Numbered from the stretch's first letter, positions 17,585 to 28,400 are shown. The stretch: 64,000 nt of DNA from Acidobacteriota bacterium (GCA_003222385.1 QHVV01000113.1:1352-65351); one strand, 5' to 3'. The notes: a model not told the origin generated them from the letters alone. Program-made: numbers and translations.

Positions 17585-18598
17585 GTGCGAAAGGCGCCGG
17601 TCGTGACGGCGGCTCTGGCGGCCGCTTCGTTCCTCGTTCTCCTGCCGACCTCTTCCGAAGCCCGTTCCCTCCACCGGGGAAGAGTTTCGAGGCGGGTTCT
17701 GCATTCGTGGCCGAAGACGCATTCCTCTGCCCTCGCGCGCGCGCGCGCAAGGACCCGGGATGGGGATCGGTTGTCGGGAGGCCCTGCTCACCGCCCCGGG
17801 CGGGCCACCCCCGATCCGCAGCTCATCCACCAGAGCGAACGCGGCGACATCGTGCTCGATTCGGTCGAGGTCCTGACAGCGGAGAACGCTCCGACCGCGC
17901 CCGTCGCCACCGCTTCTGCCGGCCCGGCTCCCCAGAGCTACGAATACCCCGAGGTGCCCTGTCCCGCCGAGGACCCGGTGATCGAAGCCCACGTTCACGT
18001 CGCCGGCGCCGACGCGCCGGAGAAGCCGGAAGAGGAAATCCTGCCGCATCCGGATCCTTCGGGGATCGCCCGGATCGGCCGGAAATTGAGCTCGTTCTTC
18101 CGGCCGAAGTCCGCGTCGGCCCGGGTGCGGCCCCGCGACGTCGACCTGTCCGAGCTCCTGGCCGCGAACTTCCTGCTCCCCGTCGAAGGCGTCGATCGCA
18201 ACAAGCTGCGCGATTCCTTCCTCGAGTCGCGGGGGGAGTACGCCCGCCACCTCGCCATCGACATCGGCGCCCCGCGGGGAACGCCGGTCCTGGCGACGAC
18301 GGACGGGGAGATCGTCAAGCTGATCCGGGAAGGGCGCGGCGGGATCACGATCTACCAGAAGGACGCGAGCGGCCGATACCTCTTCTTCTACTGCCACCTG
18401 TCCCGATATGCCCGAGGGCTTCGCCCCGGACAGAAAGTCGAGAAGGGCGACGTGATCGCCTACGTCGGCGCGACCGGGCACGTGATCGGGGGGCCGCATC
18501 TGCACTTCTCGATCACCCGGCTTCCGGAGGACGACGACAACTTCCACGAGGGTCTCGCGATCAACCCCTACCTGCTGTTCTTGGCCGGCGTGCCCTAG
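17585..18598 (+). CDS. secreted M23-family (LytM-like) metallopeptidase
   Basis: C-terminal ...HLAIDIGAPRGTPVLATTDGEIV...YVGATGHVIGGPHLHFSI... carries the M23 HxxxD...HxH motifs. Signal peptide follows the GTG at 17585; the track ORF begins at TTG 17549. Start is uncertain. Confidence 0.85.
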   Translation: MRKAPVVTAALAAASFLVLLPTSSEARSLHRGRVSRRVLHSWPKTHSSALARARARTRDGDRLSGGPAHRPGRATPDPQLIHQSERGDIVLDSVEVLTAENAPTAPVATASAGPAPQSYEYPEVPCPAEDPVIEAHVHVAGADAPEKPEEEILPHPDPSGIARIGRKLSSFFRPKSASARVRPRDVDLSELLAANFLLPVEGVDRNKLRDSFLESRGEYARHLAIDIGAPRGTPVLATTDGEIVKLIREGRGGITIYQKDASGRYLFFYCHLSRYARGLRPGQKVEKGDVIAYVGATGHVIGGPHLHFSITRLPEDDDNFHEGLAINPYLLFLAGVP

Positions 18599-18614
18599 CC
18601 GGAAAGGGACCCGC

Positions 18615-21600
18615 TCAGACGACCCGCGGGTCCTCGAGGCGGAAAAGCCTCTCCAGCCACAGGTTCGTCAGCTTCTCCGAGACCGTGTTCTGGCGGAGTC
18701 GCGCCGCAAGGTTGTCCCAGTCCATCTCGTCCAACTTCTGGTCCTGGTTGAAGCAGGAGAAGACGATCTCCCGTTCGGCGCCGGTCGTCGGATCGAGGTG
18801 CCGCTGGAGGCACTGGGCGCAGACTTCTTTCATCATGCACTGCATCGGTGAGTTGATCGACCCGATGCCGACGTGGGTCGGCTTCAAGTGCGGCGCCAGC
18901 ACGCCGTGGCGGGCGCGGGCGACGGCGGCCATCATCCGGTCCGAGCCGATCGCGATCAGGCGGTCCGCATCGGAGAGCCGGATCGGGGTCTCGCCCATGC
19001 GGCCGAGCGCCCAAGCCGTCATGGCCTCGACGATGTTCCCCACGAACAGGCGGTCCTGGGGCCGGCCGGCCGGGATCGGCTCGCCGCGGTCCACCGAGAG
19101 AACCAGGACATCGGAGGCGGCCTCGAGCTCCTCCCTCTTGTAGAAGTCCTCGGCCTTCTTGTAGCCCGCGAAATAGATCACGCGGTTGCCGAGCTGACGG
19201 GCCTTCTTTCCGATCGAGAAGAGGACGGCGTTTCCGAGCCCGCCGCCGCAGAGGACGACCGTCCCGTTCTCGGGCAGCTCGGTCGCGCTCCCCGTCGGCC
19301 CCATGACCAGCACGGGCTCCCCGGGCTTTAAGACCGAGCAGATCCGGGACGAGGCGCCCAGTTCGAGCGCGATCAACGAGAGCAGTCCCCGTTCGGCGTC
19401 CACCCAGGCGCCGGTCAGAGCCAGGGGCTCGATCAGGAGGGGCGACCCGCCGATCGACGGGGCGTACGTCTCCAGGTTCTGCAGCCGGAAGAACTGCCCG
19501 GGTTGGAAATTCTCCGCCGCGGCCGGCGCGCGAACGATGACTTCGACGATCGTCGGCGTGAGCCGACGGACAAGGACGACCTGCGCGGTCAAGCGCTCCC
19601 TCGCCCGCGTCCGGAAAGACTCCCATTCCGCCTCGCCCGCGTCGGGCGGCGCCGACGCCGAAGGGCGGCCATCGAGCACTTCGACGATTGCGCGATATCC
19701 CGCCTTCGCCGACGCCATCGCCTTGACGACGTTGCCGTTGTAGGCGGGGTGGTTGTCGCCGAAGAACGTGATGAACTTTCCGTCGCGGGCATAGCCCGTG
19801 AAGAAGGCCCATTCGTCCGACGGCGGCGCCGGCTGGAGCTTCCAGGCGCCGTCCTCTCCGCGAACCGCCCGGTGCGGCTCGAAAAAGCGGCGCCTCTCAT
19901 CGAGAGGGATCGCGTTCGGGAACTCCTTCGCGTAGGTGATGTTGGGGGTCGTGCCCGCCGCGACCAGGCACGCCCGGGCCGGGAGCTCCAGGATCTCCCC
20001 GCTCCCGGATCGACGGAACCGGACGGCGGCGAGCTTTCCAGAGGCATCGGGGACGGCCTCGGCCGGCTCGAGACCTTCGACGAACGAGATGCCCTCTTCC
20101 AGGGCCTTGATCACCTCTTCGTGGTTCAGCCGGTAGGCCGGCGACTCCTCGAGCGTCCGGCGATAGACGATCGAAACGCCTCCCCATTGGCGGCACAGGC
20201 TCGCGAGGTCGGCCGTTTCGCCAGAGGCGTGGGCCCGCTCGCGCTCTCGCCGAACCTCCTCGCCGTGGCGCAGGAGCCGGTCGAGGACGTCCCGCTCCTC
20301 CTCGTCGAACAGAGCCCGCACCGCGGGCTCGCCCTGGTCGGCGATCAGGGTCTCGTAACGCGCGAGCGTCTTCTCGGCCTGGATCGGGTAATAGGCGAGG
20401 AGCTCCGTCGCCGTGTCGATCGCGGTCAGGCCGCCTCCGATGACCACGGCCGGCAGCTCCGCCTGGAGGTTGGCGAGCGCCTCCTCCTTGAACGCGCCGG
20501 TCAACTGGAGCGCCATCAGGAAGTCCGACGCCTTGCGCACCCCCCGGATGATGTTGTTCTTCATCGCGATGATCGTCGGCCGGCCGGCGCCCGCCGCGAT
20601 CGCCACGTGGTCGAAGCCGAAGTCGAACGCCTGCTCGGCGGTCACCGTCCCGCCGAACCGAACCCCCCCGACGATCTCGAAGCGGCGCCGCCGCGCGAGC
20701 GTCAGGTGAACGAGCGTCAGGAAGTTCTTGTCCCACCGCACCGTGATGCCGTATTCGGAGACGCCGCCGAAGCCGACGAGCGGCCGCTCGTCGAGCTCGC
20801 GAGAGATCTCGGCATAGTCGCGGATCGGCCGGATCGCCTGCCCGTCGGCGCCGGTCCAGTCCGCCGGCAGCGGCTCGATCTTCAAGCCGTCGATGCCGAC
20901 TACGCCGAAACCTTCGTTGACGAGGTAGTGCGCGAGCGTGTACCCGGCCGGCCCGAGGCCGACCACGAGCACGTTCTTTCCGTTGTAGGGGAGCGCATAC
21001 GGCCGAGCCGGCGCGAGCGGATTCCAGCGGGTCAAGAGCCCGTAGATCTCGACGCCCCACGGCAGCGCAAGGACGTCGGTCAGGGCGCCGGTCTCGATCT
21101 GCGGAATGTTGACCGGGTCCTGCTTCTGGAAAATGCACCCCTTCATGCAGTCGTTGCAGATGCGGTGGCCCGTCCCGGGACACATCGGGTTGTCGATCGC
21201 CACGAGGGCGAGCGCTCCGATCGAGTCGCCCTCCCGGCGCAGCTGGTGCATCTCGGAGATCTTTTCGTCGAGCGGACAGCCCTTCAGCTCGATGCCGAGC
21301 GGGTTCTTCTGCCACGTTCCGGTCTTGGCGTCGAAAAATCCCTTCGTGCACGAGTCCTTGTCGCGCTCGTGACAGAGGATGCAGTAGTGGGTCTCCCCGA
21401 GGACCTCGCGGCGCGACATCCTCGGGTCGGTCAATCGGAACCCTTCGCGACGGCGGCGCCGGTCGGCCGGGCCCACCCTCTCTTCCGGCAGGGCGGGGTT
21501 CGGGCGATCGGTCTTCACCAGCCGGTGGAAGTCGAACGGCTCCGGAAGACGGAACGAGACCCACCGCGAGATCTCCCGGCGGAGCTCGGGCCGGTGCAGC

Positions 21601-22307
21601 CTGGCCTTGCACCAGGCCGCGTAGAGCGCCAGCAGCTTCTCGAGAAACTCGAGCGCGGCTTCGTTCGACGCGTCCATCGGGCGGGGGAGAGCCGGAGATG
21701 CGGAAGCCGCCCGGTTCGCGAGGTCGGCCACGCGGCGGCGGGCCCCCTCCGACACCGAGGGGCGCTTCTTCTGCCGGACCGCTTCGATGTGCTCGGTCTC
21801 CAGGTCGAGCAGCTCGGTTCCCATCTTGGACGTCGCGAGCTCGGGGTCGCTCTCCCAGGGAAGCTCTCCGAAGAGCTCGACTTCCATCGCTCGCGCTCCC
21901 CGCTCGAGACCCCGCAATTCCCCCTCGGGCGGGACTGTCGCCCGGGCCGCCCGCCGGAGCAGGAAATCCCGCCGGAATCGGAAAAGGACCGCCTCGGGCG
22001 CCGCGGTGGCGGCCTGCGCGCGCCACTCCGCCTCGATCCCGAACAGGCGGGCGATGAATCGTGCGAGCGGCCGGGCTGCTTCGACCAGCAAGCGGGAGCG
22101 AGCGATCGCGTCGAGCGACTCGGGCCCGGATCGCCACGTCGCGAGCTTCTCGGCGAGTTCCGGGTCGTCCTGCCGGAGCTCGTCTGCGAAAACGCGGTCG
22201 AGCTCCGCGAGCCGGTTCTCGCGGTGCAGGTCCTGGTACGTGAAGCCGGGCACGCCGAGAGGAAAATCCCTCCCGGCGAGCGTTGGCGCGACGGGCGTGC
22301 TCTCCAA
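18615..22307 (-). CDS. 1230-aa multidomain Fe-S flavoprotein oxidoreductase: unknown N-terminal domain + GltD/NfnB-like domain + PyrK/NfnA-like FNR domain
   Basis: Central part: Cys clusters (HYCILCHERDKDSC...C, CPGTGHRICNDCMKGC) followed by the Rossmann motif NVLVVGLGPAGYTLAHYL, as in the glutamate synthase small subunit. C-terminal ~300 aa: ...FQPGQFFRLQ...VLVMGPTGS...VVLCGGGLGNAVLFSIG... plus a terminal Cys cluster CMMKEVCAQC...C, PyrK/SudB-like. Confidence 0.85.
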   Translation of the reverse strand: MESTPVAPTLAGRDFPLGVPGFTYQDLHRENRLAELDRVFADELRQDDPELAEKLATWRSGPESLDAIARSRLLVEAARPLARFIARLFGIEAEWRAQAATAAPEAVLFRFRRDFLLRRAARATVPPEGELRGLERGARAMEVELFGELPWESDPELATSKMGTELLDLETEHIEAVRQKKRPSVSEGARRRVADLANRAASASPALPRPMDASNEAALEFLEKLLALYAAWCKARLHRPELRREISRWVSFRLPEPFDFHRLVKTDRPNPALPEERVGPADRRRRREGFRLTDPRMSRREVLGETHYCILCHERDKDSCTKGFFDAKTGTWQKNPLGIELKGCPLDEKISEMHQLRREGDSIGALALVAIDNPMCPGTGHRICNDCMKGCIFQKQDPVNIPQIETGALTDVLALPWGVEIYGLLTRWNPLAPARPYALPYNGKNVLVVGLGPAGYTLAHYLVNEGFGVVGIDGLKIEPLPADWTGADGQAIRPIRDYAEISRELDERPLVGFGGVSEYGITVRWDKNFLTLVHLTLARRRRFEIVGGVRFGGTVTAEQAFDFGFDHVAIAAGAGRPTIIAMKNNIIRGVRKASDFLMALQLTGAFKEEALANLQAELPAVVIGGGLTAIDTATELLAYYPIQAEKTLARYETLIADQGEPAVRALFDEEERDVLDRLLRHGEEVRRERERAHASGETADLASLCRQWGGVSIVYRRTLEESPAYRLNHEEVIKALEEGISFVEGLEPAEAVPDASGKLAAVRFRRSGSGEILELPARACLVAAGTTPNITYAKEFPNAIPLDERRRFFEPHRAVRGEDGAWKLQPAPPSDEWAFFTGYARDGKFITFFGDNHPAYNGNVVKAMASAKAGYRAIVEVLDGRPSASAPPDAGEAEWESFRTRARERLTAQVVLVRRLTPTIVEVIVRAPAAAENFQPGQFFRLQNLETYAPSIGGSPLLIEPLALTGAWVDAERGLLSLIALELGASSRICSVLKPGEPVLVMGPTGSATELPENGTVVLCGGGLGNAVLFSIGKKARQLGNRVIYFAGYKKAEDFYKREELEAASDVLVLSVDRGEPIPAGRPQDRLFVGNIVEAMTAWALGRMGETPIRLSDADRLIAIGSDRMMAAVARARHGVLAPHLKPTHVGIGSINSPMQCMMKEVCAQCLQRHLDPTTGAEREIVFSCFNQDQKLDEMDWDNLAARLRQNTVSEKLTNLWLERLFRLEDPRVV

Positions 22308-22354
22308 GGAAGCCGGATTTTACCGCGTCCGATCCCGCCCCCGCTTCGGGCTCG

Positions 22355-23011
22355 CTACGCGGGAGGGCTTTCTCTCCGCAGGTAGAGCGACGAGTACAGG
22401 ATCCCGGCGAGCGCTCCGCCCGCGAGCGGACCCAGCCAGTAGATCCAGTGATGGGCCCAGTGGCCGCCGACGAGCGCGGGCCCGAAGGAACGCGCCGGAT
22501 TCATCGAAGCGCCGCTCACCGGTCCGCCGGCGAGGATGTCGAAGGTGACGACGAACCCGATGGGAAGGCCCGAGATCACGGTGAACGCGCCGCGCTCGTC
22601 GATGGCGGTCGCGCAGACGACGAGCACCAGGAAGAACGTGGCGACGATCTCGAATACCAGGCCTTGTGGAACGGAGATTCCCGCACCAAGCCCCGGGGTG
22701 CCCAGGTTCACGGCCTGCCGGGTCGCCGGGTCGAAGACGAGCGTCAGGAGCGCGGCCCCCGTCACCCCGCCGGCGAGCTGGGAGATCCAGTAGACGGCGG
22801 CGTCCCCGGGAGAGATCTTCCGCGCGAAGAACGCGCCGAACGTCACCGCGGGGTTCAAGTGCCCTCCGGAAATGTGACCGAAGGCCGAAGCCATCACGGC
22901 GATCGTCAGTCCGTGCGCGAGCGCGATGCCGACGATCGATCCGGCCCCGATGAAGATGAGCGCCAGCGTCCCGATGAATTCGACGAGCGCCCTTCGGGAA
23001 AGTGAGTACAT
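22355..23011 (-). CDS. aqpZ: aquaporin (MIP family water channel)
   Basis: 218 aa with both NPA boxes (GGHLNPAVT and SMNPARS) and six hydrophobic segments. Confidence 0.9.
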   Translation of the reverse strand: MYSLSRRALVEFIGTLALIFIGAGSIVGIALAHGLTIAVMASAFGHISGGHLNPAVTFGAFFARKISPGDAAVYWISQLAGGVTGAALLTLVFDPATRQAVNLGTPGLGAGISVPQGLVFEIVATFFLVLVVCATAIDERGAFTVISGLPIGFVVTFDILAGGPVSGASMNPARSFGPALVGGHWAHHWIYWLGPLAGGALAGILYSSLYLRRESPPA

Positions 23012-23053
23012 GCGTGACCTCCGGATGTCGAGAACCGAAAATTTGCCCGGATT

Positions 23054-23662
23054 CTACTTTGGGCGCGCGGCGATCCGGATGGAAACCGCCCGGGGAATCC
23101 AGCGCGACCATCGCGAACTCGCGCGCGTCAGCTCCGGCGAGACGACGACCGCCACCACTTCGACCGGTTCCAGAACCGACCATCGGATGCCGGTCCGTCG
23201 AAGCTCCTCCAGGAGGGCCTCTCCGAGGCGCACCCGCTGGACGCGCTCCGCGATCCAGAGCCGGGGGGCCGGCGCCGCCGCGGCTCGCCGCGCGCGATCC
23301 GGCGTGACGTCGCCTTCCAGGAGCAAGGCGGCCCGGCGGCCCGAACGGGTCGGCGGGGGCAGCGGGGCGACGTCGGGCGCCGGATCGTGCGAGCCGCGGA
23401 GGCCGGCGATCGCGCTCCAGACTTCCGCGGCCGGAGGCGGCCAGAGAGCGCGACGGCGCGCGGCCCGAAGAAAAGCGAGATCGTCGGCGAGGCTGCGGCC
23501 GGCCGGGCACAGGACGATCCGGACCGGAGCCCGGCGGTCCGACACGAACCGGGAGAGCGAGACCGGCTCCAGCCGGTCGTAGTGAAACCGGCGCGCGAGC
23601 GCCGCTTCGAACGAGCGCGCCACGGTCGCGGTGGGCCCGACGAGGGCGATCCGGCGGTCCAT
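23054..23662 (-). CDS. hypothetical protein (no confident family; weak resemblance to uroporphyrinogen-III synthase-like fold)
   Basis: 202-aa ORF with very high third-position GC on this strand. Sits immediately upstream of aqpZ on the same strand. Confidence 0.4.
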   Translation of the reverse strand: MDRRIALVGPTATVARSFEAALARRFHYDRLEPVSLSRFVSDRRAPVRIVLCPAGRSLADDLAFLRAARRRALWPPPAAEVWSAIAGLRGSHDPAPDVAPLPPPTRSGRRAALLLEGDVTPDRARRAAAAPAPRLWIAERVQRVRLGEALLEELRRTGIRWSVLEPVEVVAVVVSPELTRASSRWSRWIPRAVSIRIAARPK

Positions 23663-23741
23663 TCCGGCGATCCTAGCGGCCGCTCGGGGCGGCGTGGCTG
23701 GCTCTTCAGGTTAAGATTCTCTCTACTCGGCCGGAAAACGA

Positions 23742-24974
23742 ATGCCCGCTTATCAATTTTCGCTCCTGGTCCAGGCCGCCGGGACGGCGCTGCTGCTCGT
23801 CGTGTTCCTTCTGCTCTATCAGAACATCCGGCGGCGGGCCTTTCTCGACTGGATCGCCTCGTGGGCCTTTCTGCTCGCCGGCCTGATCGCCCTCCTGCTG
23901 ATTCCTTCGGTCGGCAGCAATCGCGAGCTCGACTTCTTCCTCCGTTTCTGCCTCCTCGCTCACGCCCTGCTGCTCCTTCGGGGAGTTCGAAGGTGGCGGG
24001 ACGACAAGGTGCGGTCGAGTGCCCGCGAGTTCCTCTGGATCCTTCCGGTCGTGGCGCTCTCGTGGTGGTCGTCGTCCGTCGAGGAAAGCGCGGCCGCGCG
24101 CGCCATCCCGATCCTTCTCGCGATGGCCATCGCCTATATCGTCACCGCGATGGCGTTCGCAATCACGCCCGGTTCTCCCGGCGGTCGCTTCCTGCTCTCC
24201 GGGTCGTTTCTGATCTGGGGCGTCGCGAGCGTCCTTCTGGCCTACGCGCTCGGCCGGTTCGGTATGCCCGACCGGATGCCGCCGCTCGTCCAGTACGGCA
24301 GCTTTCTCGCGATGTTCCTCGAGATGATGATCGCGGTGGGCATCATCATTCTGCTGTTCGAGGCGAGCCAGATGCAGCTCGCGGCGGAGATGCACCAGCT
24401 CGTGTCCTCCGACGAGCAATTGAAAGAATTGGGGATCCGGGATCCGCTGACCGGCCTCTACAACCGGCACTACTTCAACGACGTCATCCGCCGGGAGCTC
24501 GCGACCTCGCGCCGATTCGGCTCGGCGCTTTCGGTACTGCTCGCCGACGTCGACCGATTCAAGGAAATCAACGACCGGAAAGGGCACGCCGTCGGAGACG
24601 ACGTGCTGAAGTTCGTTGCGAATTACCTGACGGCCTGCGTCCGCGAGACCGACTACGTGTTCCGCTGGGGCGGCGACGAGTTTCTGATCGTTCTCCCGCG
24701 GACCGACGAGCCTTCGGCCGCGGCCAAGGCCGAGGAGCTGGTTCGCCGCCTGCCGAACATCCCGGGGACCGACAACCTGCATCCCACGCTTTCCGTGGGC
24801 TGGGCCATGCACCGGTCCGACGTCGAGCTGCCGATCACCCTCTCCGAGGCGGACGCGAGGATGTACGCAATGAAGCTGGAGAGGAAGCGAGAGCGAGCCG
24901 ACCGAGATCGGGATCGGGAGCTTCTCGGAGAAGTCGGTAAACGGTTCGAGCCGGCAGGCCCATCACGTTCGTGA
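23742..24974 (+). CDS. membrane-anchored diguanylate cyclase (GGDEF domain)
   Basis: N-terminal ~200 aa with multiple TM helices. C-terminal ...DPLTGLYNRHYF...RFKEINDRKGHAVGDDVLK...RWGGDEFLIVLP..., the GGDEF A-site. Confidence 0.85.
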   Translation: MPAYQFSLLVQAAGTALLLVVFLLLYQNIRRRAFLDWIASWAFLLAGLIALLLIPSVGSNRELDFFLRFCLLAHALLLLRGVRRWRDDKVRSSAREFLWILPVVALSWWSSSVEESAAARAIPILLAMAIAYIVTAMAFAITPGSPGGRFLLSGSFLIWGVASVLLAYALGRFGMPDRMPPLVQYGSFLAMFLEMMIAVGIIILLFEASQMQLAAEMHQLVSSDEQLKELGIRDPLTGLYNRHYFNDVIRRELATSRRFGSALSVLLADVDRFKEINDRKGHAVGDDVLKFVANYLTACVRETDYVFRWGGDEFLIVLPRTDEPSAAAKAEELVRRLPNIPGTDNLHPTLSVGWAMHRSDVELPITLSEADARMYAMKLERKRERADRDRDRELLGEVGKRFEPAGPSRS

Positions 24975-25490
24975 ACGATCCCGTGACGGATTCGACGAAT
25001 CTCGCTCCCAGGCCCTGGACCGCGTAAGCCCCCGCCTTGTCCCGCGGCTCCCCGGTCGCGACGTACCAGCGGATCTCGTCTTCGGCCATCGGCGCGATCG
25101 CGACCCGGCTCTCCTCGACCGCTCCGACCGCGGGTCCGGCGCCTTTCCGGAGCTCGACCGCCGTGACGACGTTGTGCTCCCGCCCGGAGAGCAGCCGCAG
25201 CATCCGGGCGGCGTCCGCGTCGTCGCGGGGCTTCCCGAGGATGGCGCCGTCGATCAGAACGAGCGTGTCGGCGGCCAGGATCCAGTCGTCCGGATGCCGC
25301 GTCGCGCCGGCCGCGGCCTTGTCTCGCGCGAAACGGCGGGCCGCATTCCGGCCGGACTCGCCCGGCACGAAGGCCTCGTCGACGTCGGCGGGCGACACTT
25401 CGAACGGAATGCCGAGCGCGGTCAGGATCTCGGCGCGACGCGGAGAAGACGAGGCCAGAAGGAGGCGGCGGACTTCTACGGGTAGTACCC
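24835..25490 (-). CDS. maf: Maf-family nucleoside-triphosphate pyrophosphatase (septum formation protein Maf)
   Basis: Reverse-strand frame (C-terminal part of track ORF 24835..28737) reads ...RLLLASSSPRRAEILTALGIPFEV...LAADTLVLIDGAILGKP...LSGREHNVVTAV...GEPRDKAGAYAVQGLGARFVE..., a full Maf signature. Confidence 0.8.
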
Positions 25491-28400
25491 CGTGATCGTT
25501 CTCGCCTGGAGGCTCGACGGCTCGACCTTCACTTCGACCTTGCGCCACTTGTCCTTCGTGCCGGTGTTGGTCGAGTAGTAGGTGAGCATGTACTGGCTGC
25601 GCAGGTCGTCGTTGATCTGTCGGTAGATCGACTCCAGGTTCTTCGGCGAGTCGACGTAGAAGGTCTGGCCTCCGGTCGCCTGGGCGAGCTTGTTCAGCCT
25701 GTACTTGACCTCCAGATCCGCTCCGGAGATCTTGAGGCCGATCCCGTAGATCGAGATTCCGGCCTTCTTCACGTATTCGACGAGCGTGTCGTAGTCGAAC
25801 TTGGACGCGGTGTCTTTTCCATCGGTCAGGATCACGAGCGCCTTCTTGCCTTTGACCCCGGTGAACTGGTAGAGCCCGTAGATGATCGCGTCGTAGAGCG
25901 CGGTCGATCCTTCCGCGCGCAGCCCCGCGAGAGATCGGAAGAGCCGATCTTTCCGGTTCGTCAGCTTCGTCAGCAGGTATGGCTCGTTGTCGAAGGAAAC
26001 CGTGAAGGCGCGATCCTTCGGCCCGATCGAGTAGTCGAGGAAGGTGAGCGCGGCCTGCTGGGCCTCCGGCAGCGACTCCAGCATGGACGCCGACGTGTCC
26101 ACCATCACACCCAGCGTCAGCGGCAGGTTCTTCACGTACTCGAACGATTCGACCTTCTGGATGACTCCGTCCTCGAGGACTTTGAAGTTGGATTGCTGCA
26201 GGCCCGACACCGGACGGCCCTTGTCGGTGACGGTCGTGTAGAGCTCCACCGCGTCGACGCTCACCTCGGAAATGTAGGCCGGCGCGTTCACGTAGCGCAG
26301 GTCCTCCGCGACGGTCCCGTCTTCGAGCGTTCCGACGATCCGGATGTAGCCGAGCGACTTGCCCTGCTGGATGTTGACGGTCTGCTCGAAGGGGGGCTGG
26401 TAAAGGGTCGCGACGCGGCGCTCGTTCGAGTAGATCTCGAGCTTCTGGAGCGTCTTTCCCTCCGGAACGGCGACCGCCGCCACCACTTTCGTCGGACCCG
26501 AGACCTTCGATCCCTTTTCGGGAGACATCACCCGCACGCGGAAGATCTCGCGCCCTTCGTTGACGATGTATTCGTCTTCGCCGATCGCGCGCCCGGCCGA
26601 TCCGTACGCGACCACCCGGACCGTGTGCCGGCGGGGGAGAGGGCCGAGGTTCAGGTCCGCGTCGAACGGCGGGCGGGTCTTGGTCATAACCTTCGAGCCG
26701 TTCAAGTAGAACTCGACCGCCTTGACGCCCTCGGCGGCCTTCGTTTCGAAGCGCTGCAATCCGGTCGCGATCTCCTTGGCGACCGGGAGAAGAGAGATCG
26801 CGGACGGCAGCAATCCGAGGTCCCGCGCCTTTTCGACCGTTGCGCGCCCTTCGGTGCGGGCCGCCGCGACTTCCGGCGGCGGAGCGTCCGGCTGCTCCGG
26901 CACCGTCAACTTGTCGGTGATCCGCCCTTCGGCGCTCTGGTTTCCGTCGGAAATCTTCAGCACCAGGTTGTAGTCGCCGGGGTAGAGGTAACGCCGAACG
27001 GTCAGCGGGATCTTTTCCCCTCCGATCTCCTGGGTCGGGATGTCGAAGCGGTACTTGAAGTTGTCGATCAGCCGCTCGCCCTTGACGACCTCGCCGATGA
27101 CGTCGACGTTGTAGAACTTCTCCTCCCCGAGGTCGCGCGCCTTCAGGTCGCTCTTCGCGACGAGCAGCGACAGGTCGACGCCGATCTTGTTGGCGCGCAT
27201 TTCCGGGAACCGGACCAGCTTCGCGATTCCGAGGGGAACCGATCCGGTCGCGAGCTCCGTCGTCATCGTCAGGATCTGGTCGACCCCTTCGGTCTCGATC
27301 GTCGGCGGCTGGAAGAGCTTTCCCGATCCGGCCAGCGACGACGCCCCCGATCCGAGGACGGCTGTCGAGTACGCGATCGCCTGGCGCAGCGTCCGGGTCT
27401 CGAGGCAGCGGTCGTAGTCCACCCGGCGGTTGGTCGGCGAACGCATTCCCGACGAGCTGCCGAACCCGCCACCCACCTGGAGAACGCCCTCGCCGTCCAG
27501 AGGCAGCCAGAGCTTGTAGTCGCCGACGCCGTAGGGCTGGTAGAAGATCAGGTAGACCTTGCTCTTCAGGACCTCGAGCCGGTCGTAGTACCAGATCTGG
27601 ATCGGGACGTAGACCTCGGGACAGTCGATGGCGATGACCGCGTCCGGAGGCCCGTTGATGATGAGCGTCTTGGCGCGGTCGCTGTTCAGGTTCTTGAACT
27701 GCTCCTTCGCCATCTCGACGCGATGGGTGTGAACGGCCTGGTAGTCGTTGCGGAGGCCCTGAGTGTCGATCGAGCGGCGGCGCCAGAAGGTCTCGATGAA
27801 GCGGTCCTTCTGGTAATCGTCGGCGATCTGGAGGAAGACCTCCTTTTCCTGGTCGGTGATGATCAGATCGACGAGCTCTAAGAACTCGCGATACTTCGGC
27901 TTGAGCTGCGCCGAAAGCTCTTTGACCTCTTTCCGGGAGAGCTTGCGGTGGGTCGGCGCGGGGGTCGACGCGGCGACGGGCGCTTTCGCCGCGGTCGCGG
28001 TCTCCGGCTTCGCGGTCGAGCCGGGTCCTTCGACGCCGATCGTCTTCGCCTTCGGGTTGGGCAGGCTCGCGAACTTGCCCGTCATCTCGTTCATGTCCTC
28101 GGTCGCGACCTTCGGCGGCGCGAGGAGCCGGGACGCTTCGATCATCCCTCCGGACTCGCTTCCCTGCCGCGCCACGTTCTCCTGCCACACCTTGTAGACG
28201 TCGCAGAGCTGCTGGCACCCGGCCATGCAGGGGTCGACGAGCGACGCCGCCGGGGTGCAGTCGAGATACAGGTCCTTGAACGATTTCCGGCAGGAGCCCG
28301 GCTCGAAGACGTCGCTGTCGCGGGTTCCGACCGTCCACAGCTTTCGCGGAGAGCCCATCGTGGGGCGGTAGAAGAAGAAGCGCTCGACGCTGCGGACGAC

